64,000 nt of DNA, from positions 4,221,299 through 4,285,298 of the forward strand of contig CP070825.1 in assembly GCA_020344415.1 (NCBI GenBank), written 5' to 3'. The DNA comes from Candidatus Aminicenantes bacterium. Lineage in GTDB: Bacteria; Acidobacteriota; Aminicenantia; Aminicenantales; Aminicenantaceae. Each line of letters begins with the position of its first letter. Position 1 is the stretch's first letter. The notes beneath the pieces are model-generated. The model saw only the letters and a program-made list of their open reading frames with translations, was not told the DNA's origin and searched no databases. Below are positions 52,751 through 60,553 of this stretch, in pieces. The position numbers and the translations under genes are program-made.

Positions 52751-54532
52751 ATGAGCGATACAACCAATAAGAACTCAGAAAAATCAGGACTCAAGAAAAA
52801 AGGGACAGTCCCCTTTTCCGCCCCCTCTTCCCCAGTTAAGCCAGGATTCAATCGAAGGAGATTTCTTGAATGTTTTGCTGCGTTGGGTGTTTCTTCGGCT
52901 CTATTGCCCGGGCTTCCCCCTGTCTCTTTAGAAGAGAAGGAAGAAATTACGCTTAAAACGATTGAGGAGGCGGAAAAGATAATCGGCATAAAATTGACTA
53001 ATGAAGAGAGGAAAAGGATTCGCGGGAGATTAAACAGGAATCTTGGAATTTACAAAGGTATTAGAGAAAAGGATTTGGATAACAGCGTCAACTGTGCATT
53101 GGTATTCAATCCGGTTCCACCCGGGATGACTTTCCCAGACAAGAAAAAACGCATCAAGTATGGCGATGTCAAGGTGAAGAAACCTGCGAAATTGGAAGAT
53201 GTCGCATTCTACTCTGTTCTTCAACTGGCAAAGCTGATTAAAAAGAAGCAGATTACTTCAACCGAATTAACGAAAATGTATCTTTCAAGGTTGAAGAGGT
53301 ACGATCCCACATTAAAATTTGTCGTTAATTTGACAGAAGAGCTGGCCCTGGAACAGGCTAAAAGAGCTGATGAAGAGATAAAAAAAGGAAAGTACCGTGG
53401 CCCTTTGCACGGTATCCCTTATGGAGCAAAAGACCTCCTGTCAGTTAAAGGGTATAAAACCACCTGGGGTGCGGAACCGTTTAAGAATCAGATAATAGAC
53501 AGGAACGCGACTGTAGTAGAAAGGCTCGAGGAAGAAGGGGCTGTTTTGGTTGCAAAACTTACGCTGGGAGCACTGGCACAAGGGGATATCTGGTATGGCG
53601 GCAGAACGAGAAATCCATGGAATCCGAAAAGAGGTTCAAGCGGGTCATCAGCAGGTCCCGCATCAGCAACAGCAGCCGGCTGTGTTGGTTTCTCTATAGG
53701 TTCGGAAACCAATGGATCGATTATTTCACCTTGTAACAGGTGCGGAGTGACAGGTTTGAGGCCAACCTTCGGAAGGATAAGCAGATATGGAGCAATGGCC
53801 CTAAGCTGGAGCATGGATAAGATAGGACCAATCTGCCGGACTGTTGAAGACTGTGCTGTTGTATTTAATGCAATCTACGGACCCGATGGAAAAGATAATA
53901 CCCTCATTGATTTACCATTTAACTGGAACCCTAAAATAGACGTAAAGAAATTAAGAGTTGGTTATTTTGAGAAGTACTTTAAAAGAGAACTGAGGGGAAA
54001 ACCGAAAGACAAGAAGCGGAAAGCATCGAGGCAAAAAGAGCAAAGATTGAGTAATCGTGTTCTGGATGTTTTGAAAGGGCTCGGTCTAGAGATTAAACCG
54101 ATAGATGTTGACATTCAGGTATTGGGAACAGGTTTTATACTCTCAACCGAATCTGCAGCAGCATTTGATGATTTTACAAGAAGCACACGGGACGATTTAA
54201 TGAAAAAAAGCTCATGGCCCGATACATTCAGGCAGAGAAGATTTGTACCGGCTGTAGAATTCATTCAGGCTAACCGGTACAGAACCTTACTCATCGAACA
54301 GATGAATGAAGTCATGAAAGATTTTGATGTTATTATTGAAGTGACTCATTCAAATACAACCTTAACGAACTTAACAGGGCACCCGGCTGTGATAGTGCCG
54401 TGCGGATTCATAGATGATCAGCCAGTGACTATTGTATTTAACGGCAAGCTGTTTGGAGAGGCAGAGACTCTTGCTGTTGCCAAGGCTTATCAAGATGCCA
54501 CAAATTTCCACCTGAAGCACCCGAAATTATAA
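52751..54532 (+). CDS. Amidase-signature (AS) family amidase with twin-arginine signal
   Basis: FNRRRFLECFAALGVSS is a Tat motif. GIPYGAKDL (catalytic Lys). GSSGSSAGPASATAAG...GSETNGSIISP (Ser-cisSer signature). Confidence 0.85.
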   Translation: MSDTTNKNSEKSGLKKKGTVPFSAPSSPVKPGFNRRRFLECFAALGVSSALLPGLPPVSLEEKEEITLKTIEEAEKIIGIKLTNEERKRIRGRLNRNLGIYKGIREKDLDNSVNCALVFNPVPPGMTFPDKKKRIKYGDVKVKKPAKLEDVAFYSVLQLAKLIKKKQITSTELTKMYLSRLKRYDPTLKFVVNLTEELALEQAKRADEEIKKGKYRGPLHGIPYGAKDLLSVKGYKTTWGAEPFKNQIIDRNATVVERLEEEGAVLVAKLTLGALAQGDIWYGGRTRNPWNPKRGSSGSSAGPASATAAGCVGFSIGSETNGSIISPCNRCGVTGLRPTFGRISRYGAMALSWSMDKIGPICRTVEDCAVVFNAIYGPDGKDNTLIDLPFNWNPKIDVKKLRVGYFEKYFKRELRGKPKDKKRKASRQKEQRLSNRVLDVLKGLGLEIKPIDVDIQVLGTGFILSTESAAAFDDFTRSTRDDLMKKSSWPDTFRQRRFVPAVEFIQANRYRTLLIEQMNEVMKDFDVIIEVTHSNTTLTNLTGHPAVIVPCGFIDDQPVTIVFNGKLFGEAETLAVAKAYQDATNFHLKHPKL

Positions 54533-54634
54533 ACGTAGGGGTTTTAATCATCAAATCCACCTGCAGGATGTCTTTAAGGGAGATAGAATCAAGAATTGAA
54601 AAGCAAAAAGCACGAACTACCTGCGTTAAACTAT

Positions 54635-56191
54635 TTATTTGTTTCCAAGCTCGAGAATATATTCATAGACCAAGAGTGTTGCCTTATATAAGTGATCGAA
54701 ATCGATCAGATCTATCGTGTCTCCAGGTGTGTGGTGTTCAGGGAACCCTCCTGAACCCAGAATGATAGCTGGAACCTTCTGGAGGTAGAAACTCCATGTG
54801 TCACTTCCTTGAATCACCCTAAGCTGAGAATCGATATTATCGAAATTCAAGTCAATGCTTTTGACTTTTTGATGGGCGGAATACAGGAGATCTCTCTGGG
54901 AGGGCGGTCCAATGGCCCAAATTCCCTTGACATTCCGGTGCTTGCTTCCTATCTGTTCGATATTGATGTTCAGGGCGATTTGCTCGAGCGGAACAGGCGG
55001 ATACTCCAGGAAATGTAAAGACCCGTAATGACCGGCTTCCTCTGCTGTAAAGAGGATAAACATCACAGGCCGCTTGGCAGGATTCTGGGCTAGAGCTTGA
55101 GCGACCTCAAGGATCAATGAGCAGCCGCTTGCATCATCATTCGCTCCGCGGTAGATGATAAACCCATTTTTTCCGAGATGGTCGAGGTGCGCGGCAACAG
55201 CGATATATTCATTGTCCAGTTTAGGATCTGTGCCAGGCAGCAAGGCAATTATGTTGTAACAAGTAAAATACTCCTTGCTTGCATTGACTGTCAATCCAAG
55301 TTCGATTCCGTCCATTACAAAAGTAGCATAGTCGCCGCGTTCCTCAATTGGATTAAAATCCTTCTTATCGAAAACCCTGCCTACTAGATCCCTATTTGCA
55401 ACAACGACTGGGATAGGAGGTTCTCCTGGACTTGATGGCCCATAGCTTTGAGATGCAACAAAATTAAAGCGTTTACGCTGGGACATGATGCGGTCCCAGT
55501 TGTTGGCAAAGCTTTCATCAGGAATAACAATGATAGCCGCAGCATTCTTTTCGATGGCTGCACTGAACCGTAGTAAATCCCCTTTGATACGGTCAGAATA
55601 TTTTCGGCGGACTTTCATGGGCATCTGTATATCGCTGTTCCTGGGTGAAAATCCCATCATCAGAATCGCGATCTTACCGCCCACATCCAGTCCGGCATAA
55701 TCATCCCAGCCAAGCTCCGGTTCATGGATACCGTATCCGATAAAAACCGGAGAGCTCAATGGAATATTCTCATTTCCTTCTCCGGGATAAAGCAGCTCAT
55801 AGCTTTTCCGCCCGGGTGTATATTCTTTGGTTTTTCCATTCCTCTGAATGGTGAGCGCGTTGTTAGATCCAAAACGATAGTGGATGAAGGGTACGGGCTG
55901 GAGAAAAGATTTTTTGTTCCCATCTGGCCACCCGGGCTCTAATGTGAATGATGCAAACTGTTCGGCGGCATAATCGGCAGCTATTTTATACCCGGAAGAA
56001 CCGGTCAAACGTCCTTCCATTTCGTCAGAGGTAAGAACGTTCATATGCTTCTGAAGTCCAGAGATAGTTATCGCTTCTGTATCGGGCGGGATTTCACCTT
56101 TTTGTCTTTGACAACCGGGAAATGAAATGAAAAATGCTGTGGCTGCAATGATCAGGATTTTCTTAGAAAAAACCTTAATTTCTTCTCTCAT
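54635..56191 (-). CDS. M28 family aminopeptidase with PA domain, lipoprotein
   Basis: Lipobox FISFPGC. AAHLDHLG, GANDDASG, FTAEEAGHYGS and PEHHTPGD are M28 zinc-ligand motifs. Confidence 0.85.
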   Translation of the reverse strand: MREEIKVFSKKILIIAATAFFISFPGCQRQKGEIPPDTEAITISGLQKHMNVLTSDEMEGRLTGSSGYKIAADYAAEQFASFTLEPGWPDGNKKSFLQPVPFIHYRFGSNNALTIQRNGKTKEYTPGRKSYELLYPGEGNENIPLSSPVFIGYGIHEPELGWDDYAGLDVGGKIAILMMGFSPRNSDIQMPMKVRRKYSDRIKGDLLRFSAAIEKNAAAIIVIPDESFANNWDRIMSQRKRFNFVASQSYGPSSPGEPPIPVVVANRDLVGRVFDKKDFNPIEERGDYATFVMDGIELGLTVNASKEYFTCYNIIALLPGTDPKLDNEYIAVAAHLDHLGKNGFIIYRGANDDASGCSLILEVAQALAQNPAKRPVMFILFTAEEAGHYGSLHFLEYPPVPLEQIALNINIEQIGSKHRNVKGIWAIGPPSQRDLLYSAHQKVKSIDLNFDNIDSQLRVIQGSDTWSFYLQKVPAIILGSGGFPEHHTPGDTIDLIDFDHLYKATLLVYEYILELGNK

Positions 56192-56226
56192 CGTTAAATC
56201 CTCACTCGAATAATATCATAGAAACA

Positions 56227-56332
56227 GAAAAGGAGACAGGCTGTTTTTTTCTGTAGGGGCTTGATTTATCAAGCCCACCTTTTAGGATATAGGTATCAGG
56301 CTTATAGATAGGGATCAGGTCTTGTTTTTTAC
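56227..56332. repeat. Repeat cluster R2, modules B-variant, C, A
   Basis: AAAAGGAGACAGGCTGTTTTTTT (56227-56250). GGGCTTGAT-TT-ATCAAGCCC palindrome (56257-56276). GGGATCAGGTCTTGTTTTTTAC (56311-56332). Confidence 0.7.
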
Positions 56333-56492
56333 TTTTTTTCTAAAAAATTACTATGTGTCACCATCAGAGGACGTTTTTTTGTAAACATCTTTATTTCTTT
56401 CTCAGTTTCCCCTGGAGGAAATATTGGCACATTTTTTGCTGAATAATACATCAACGAGGATAATTAAAATATCTAGAACAAGGAGAAATAAA

Positions 56493-57098
56493 ATGAAAAA
56501 AGCAGCTTTAGTACTAATCGCGATGTTTGTTCTTGTTTTTTCTGTTTTGGGGGAAGAAGAAAAAGGGGTAACCAAGGCAAAAAAGTTCTCAAAAGGCTCG
56601 ATGTATGTGACCGGTCAGATTGGCTTTAATTCCTATGTCGCAACTGATGAACCTTTCGACGCTATGCCTTTTCCCATAGGTGCAAGTTATGAGTTTTTTA
56701 TAGCGGATAATATAGGAATAGGCAGCAAGATAATGTTTGATAAATGGTGTGATTACCTGGGAGTTTTTGGCGGAAAGTGGACTTTTCGGGTATTCAAACC
56801 ATCGTTATACATCAAATATCATTTTGATTTAAAGGGAGTAGAAGGTATCGGCCTCTTCGCTGGAGCAGATCTCGGTTATAGCGTTTTTTCCGCCAGTAAC
56901 GAATTGGGCAGTGATTATTGGGGCGATCTGAAAAGCGGCCTTCACCTTGCTCCTTTTCTAGGGACAAATCTTTATTTTTGGGAGAACCTGTCAGGTTTTT
57001 TTGATAGATTTTTAGTTACCCTAAAAGCAAATTGGTCTGTAGCCGGCGATTTTTCCGGTTTAGGCGGGACAGTAGGCATCACCTTCAGGATTAAATAA
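56493..57098 (+). CDS. Small outer-membrane beta-barrel protein (OmpW/OmpA-barrel-like)
   Basis: The ATG at 56493 lies 7 nt after AGGAG. MKKAALVLIAMFVLVFSVLG is a signal sequence. Alternating aromatic/aliphatic strands, ending ...GITFRIK. Confidence 0.65.
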   Translation: MKKAALVLIAMFVLVFSVLGEEEKGVTKAKKFSKGSMYVTGQIGFNSYVATDEPFDAMPFPIGASYEFFIADNIGIGSKIMFDKWCDYLGVFGGKWTFRVFKPSLYIKYHFDLKGVEGIGLFAGADLGYSVFSASNELGSDYWGDLKSGLHLAPFLGTNLYFWENLSGFFDRFLVTLKANWSVAGDFSGLGGTVGITFRIK

Positions 57099-57099
57099 T

Positions 57100-57333
57100 G
57101 AGAAAAGGACAGGCTACTTTTTTCCTTTGTCATTGCGGGAGACTGAAGGGAACGTGGCAATCTCATAAAATCGGGAAAAAAGTAGCCTGTATCCTTTTCT
57201 CTGCAGGGGATTGATTCATCAAGCTCACCTTTTGATAATGGATCCTGTTTCCCTTAAAGACATCCTACGGGGGAGCCTGATGAATCAAATCCCTATCTTG
57301 TCTTTTTGTCTAAGCAAAAAAACAAAATCTAAT
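57100..57333. repeat. Repeat cluster R3, B-D-B(inverted)-C'-C'-A'
   Basis: A 26/28-nt inverted repeat, GAGAAAAGGACAGGCTACTTTTTTCC (57100-57125) and GGAAAAAAGTAGCCTGTATCCTTTTCTC (57174-57201), flanks module D (GTCATTGCGGGAG...CGTGGCAATCT, 57129-57163). Then come degenerate C modules (57201-57229, 57269-57293) and an A-like AT hairpin (57296-57333). Confidence 0.8.
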
Positions 57334-57502
57334 CTTTGTTTCTGGAAATGAAGATTCCACCTGAGATGCTGCAACTGCAACAATTTCTTTCCATGATGAA
57401 ACCGGAGATATGAAATAACCAAATTGAGACCTTTTAGGACATTTAAGTAGCTCCTGTCACCTTGATTTAACAGGGGAAAACGGTTATAATAGGCTAAAAT
57501 AG

Positions 57503-59572
57503 ATGAGAAAAAAAAATTTTGTCATTATTCTTATTCTTACTTTTTTCCTCTGTTTAACCGTAGAGACTCTGGCTTCCAGAAAAAATATCAAAGACCTTCC
57601 TGAAAAATATAGAAAATGGGTGGAAGAAGAAGTCATCTACATCATTAGACCCACGGAAAAAGATGTCTTTCTTCAAATGGGAACAGATAGAGAAAGAGAG
57701 ATATTTATCGAAGCTTTCTGGAAACAGAGAGACCCGACTCCTGGTACTCCTGAGAACGAGTTTAAAGAGGAGCATTACCGCCGAATTGCCTATGCCAATA
57801 AATTCTTTAGCCGGGATACGCCCAGACCTGGCTGGAAAACAGATCGAGGCAGAATATATATCGTCTTAGGGGACCCTATTGATATCGATCGCTATGAAGA
57901 GTCCGATAACATTTACCCGGTTGAAGTCTGGTTCTATCAGGGTGATGTAAAATACGGCCTTCCCCCTCACTTCAACATAGCTTTCTTTAAAAGGAGAGGA
58001 ATCGGGGAATATATCCTTTATAGCCCAGTTAATGATGGACCTACAAAGCTACTTAGAAAATACTATGGCAATCCAGCGGATTATGAGGCTGCTTATGAAG
58101 AACTAAAAGGATATGACATGGAATTGGCCCATCTCTCTCTCACGTTAATTCCTGGTGAGAGGCCTTTGATCGGTCATCCTTCCTTGGCTTCAGAGGTAAT
58201 GATAAGCAATGTCATCGATCTCCCCAAGAAAAAAATTGAGGATGTCTACGCGGAGAAGCTCCTTAAATATAAAGATATTGTGGAGGTTGAATACACGGCA
58301 AATTATGTAGGAAGTGATTACTTAGTATCCATCATCAAGGATTCCTCGGATATCTTTTTTGTTCATTTTTCCATAGATCCTAAAACCCTCTCAATCGGTT
58401 CATTTGAGGATAGATACTATTCTTATTTTGAATTGAATACTCAGGTTTCTGATATAGAAGGAAAAACTGTCTTTCAGTACCAAAAAAACTACCCTCTCCG
58501 TTTCAATAAAGAGCAGCTCAATGACATACAGAAAAAATCCTATTCCATCCAAGACATGTTTCCTCTTGTTCCTGGCAGTTATAAGCTAAACGTGCTTCTC
58601 AAAAACACTGTTTCTAAGGAATTTACTTCTTTCGAAGCAGATATTTTTATCCCAGAACTTGCTTCTCTCCAGATGACTTCCTTGCTCTTTAGCTATAAAG
58701 TTGAAGAAAATCCTCTCTCAAAAGAGTTCCACAAGCCTTTTAGAATCGGACGCAATCAATTGTTCTGTCAGCCAAAAAAAGTATTTATCACAAAGGATGA
58801 ACTCGTTGTTTTCTTCCAGATCTACGGACTCAACCAGGAATTAGAAGAAGAGGGATCTCTAATCTACACTTTTTTAAAGGAAGATAAAGAATTTACAACC
58901 AGAACAGTCAAAATAAAGGAAATCAGAGATAAAACAGGCTTTATCCAGAATTTTTCTCTTCAGAGTTTCCCTCCTGGTTATTACTCATTAAAAGTCGCCT
59001 TGGTCGATAAAGAGGGAAAGGAAATTCTTTCTGACAAGAATAACTTCAGCATCTCTTATCTGGAGGGAATAACCAGACCTTGGGTGATTTCCAAGGCTAC
59101 CCCTGTTACTCGCTCCGTTGAATATTCCTTCATATTGGGCAACCAGCTACTCAATAAAGGCCAAAGCGAGAAAGCTAAAGCTGTACTGGAATCTGTATAC
59201 CGAAAAAATCCTCTCTCTTTAAAATTTTCCTATGGTTTCAGTCGAGCGCTCTTTCTCCTCAAAGAATACAAGAAGGTAAAAGAGGTGCTAAAACCTTTAC
59301 TGGAAAATCCTCAAGACGATTACAAATTCCTCTCTTTACTGGGGAGATCTTGTCAAGCTCTTCAAGAATACGAAGAAGCTATTCAATATTACAAACAGTA
59401 CTTAACTCATCTGGGAACAAACCTTCTTATTTTGAACTCCATAGGAGAGTGCTATTACCTAGAGGGAAAGAATGAGGAAGCTCTGGCAGCTTGGGAGAAA
59501 TCCTTGGAGATTGACCCCAATCAACAGGAGATCAAAGAAAAAGTTAAATCCATAAAGGAGAATAAATTATAA
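57503..59572 (+). CDS. GWxTD-domain protein with large middle region and C-terminal TPR
   Basis: REIFIEAFWKQRDPTPGTPENEFKEEHYRRIAYANKFF...RPGWKTDRGRIYIVLGDP...EVWFY is the GWxTD-domain signature. Signal peptide present. TPR units in the last ~130 aa. Confidence 0.8.
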   Translation: MRKKNFVIILILTFFLCLTVETLASRKNIKDLPEKYRKWVEEEVIYIIRPTEKDVFLQMGTDREREIFIEAFWKQRDPTPGTPENEFKEEHYRRIAYANKFFSRDTPRPGWKTDRGRIYIVLGDPIDIDRYEESDNIYPVEVWFYQGDVKYGLPPHFNIAFFKRRGIGEYILYSPVNDGPTKLLRKYYGNPADYEAAYEELKGYDMELAHLSLTLIPGERPLIGHPSLASEVMISNVIDLPKKKIEDVYAEKLLKYKDIVEVEYTANYVGSDYLVSIIKDSSDIFFVHFSIDPKTLSIGSFEDRYYSYFELNTQVSDIEGKTVFQYQKNYPLRFNKEQLNDIQKKSYSIQDMFPLVPGSYKLNVLLKNTVSKEFTSFEADIFIPELASLQMTSLLFSYKVEENPLSKEFHKPFRIGRNQLFCQPKKVFITKDELVVFFQIYGLNQELEEEGSLIYTFLKEDKEFTTRTVKIKEIRDKTGFIQNFSLQSFPPGYYSLKVALVDKEGKEILSDKNNFSISYLEGITRPWVISKATPVTRSVEYSFILGNQLLNKGQSEKAKAVLESVYRKNPLSLKFSYGFSRALFLLKEYKKVKEVLKPLLENPQDDYKFLSLLGRSCQALQEYEEAIQYYKQYLTHLGTNLLILNSIGECYYLEGKNEEALAAWEKSLEIDPNQQEIKEKVKSIKENKL

Positions 59573-59616
59573 AAAAAATATCGGCTCTCCTCACCCTGAT
59601 TGTTGTTTCTTGCTTT

Positions 59617-60492
59617 ATGCTTCTTGTCTGTTGTGGATCATACCAATTAGAAAAAAAACTAAATCCTAAGGAACAGGAATTTCTTTCCATAGTGAGATTC
59701 ATAATCACTAAAAATGAACGTAAAATCTTTCTCCGCTTAGATCCTTCAGAGAGGAAATCTTTCATTGAAGAATTTTGGGCGAAAAGAGATCCTGATCCCT
59801 TTACGGAAGAAAACGAATACAAGGAAGAATATTTTTCCAGAATAGAAAGAGCCAACCGGCTCTTCCGCGGAGAAGGAACTCCTGGCTGGTTAACCGATAG
59901 AGGTCGAGTCTACATCCTCTTTGGGGCACCGTTTAGCCGAAAAAGCTATCCTGCTGATTATAATGGAGGCATTACTAGACCACGCGAAGTCTGGTATTAC
60001 GGCAATTTCCCGATTGTCTTTGTCGATAGATACAGTTCTGGAGTCTTTAGGCTGGTGACTACAAACTTAGCAATCTTGAATGAAATCAACGTTGCTTTAA
60101 GAAGAGTCAGAGAAGAGCAGGAAAAACAAATTAACAAAATCACAGACCTACTCATAGACTTCAATCTAGAACTGGCAAAATCTTCAAACGTTCCTGTTAT
60201 TCTGGTCAAGATTCCTTATAAAAATATATGGTTTGAAGAAAAAGATAATGTTCTGGAAACAACCCTATATTTAGCTATAAGGATTCTAAACACCGCTGAA
60301 AAAATAGTCCTCCAACATGATGACGATTACTTCATCTCATTAAATGAAAAATCTCTACTTAGCAAAGAGGGTGAGGAATATGTCATCGAGATTCCTCTTA
60401 TTCTCGCAAAGGGAGAGTACTCAATCCAAGTCGCTCTGGAAAATGAAACCAGAGGAAAAAAAGTCTTCAAAGAACTGAAGATTAAGATTTAA
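59617..60492 (+). CDS. Second, shorter GWxTD-domain protein (lipoprotein?), start codon uncertain
   Basis: RKSFIEEFWAKRDPDPFTEENEYKEEYFSRIERANRLF...TPGWLTDRGRVYILFGAP...EVWYY. The in-frame sequence upstream of the ATG encodes KKISALLTLIVVSCF, which looks like the missing part of the signal peptide. Confidence 0.75.
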   Translation: MLLVCCGSYQLEKKLNPKEQEFLSIVRFIITKNERKIFLRLDPSERKSFIEEFWAKRDPDPFTEENEYKEEYFSRIERANRLFRGEGTPGWLTDRGRVYILFGAPFSRKSYPADYNGGITRPREVWYYGNFPIVFVDRYSSGVFRLVTTNLAILNEINVALRRVREEQEKQINKITDLLIDFNLELAKSSNVPVILVKIPYKNIWFEEKDNVLETTLYLAIRILNTAEKIVLQHDDDYFISLNEKSLLSKEGEEYVIEIPLILAKGEYSIQVALENETRGKKVFKELKIKI

Positions 60493-60553
60493 TTTAAGAG
60501 TAATTTATACCGATTTAGATAATAATTCTCTTTCTTTTATGGAGGATTTCAAG

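Noticed and set aside
52564-52770. 68-aa ORF (MAILQHLCRGLMNQAPAVLEK...) in the ORF track
   Set aside because: It is entirely a read-through translation of intergenic repeat modules D, C and B. It has no RBS and its sequence composition is dictated by palindromes. Treated as spurious.
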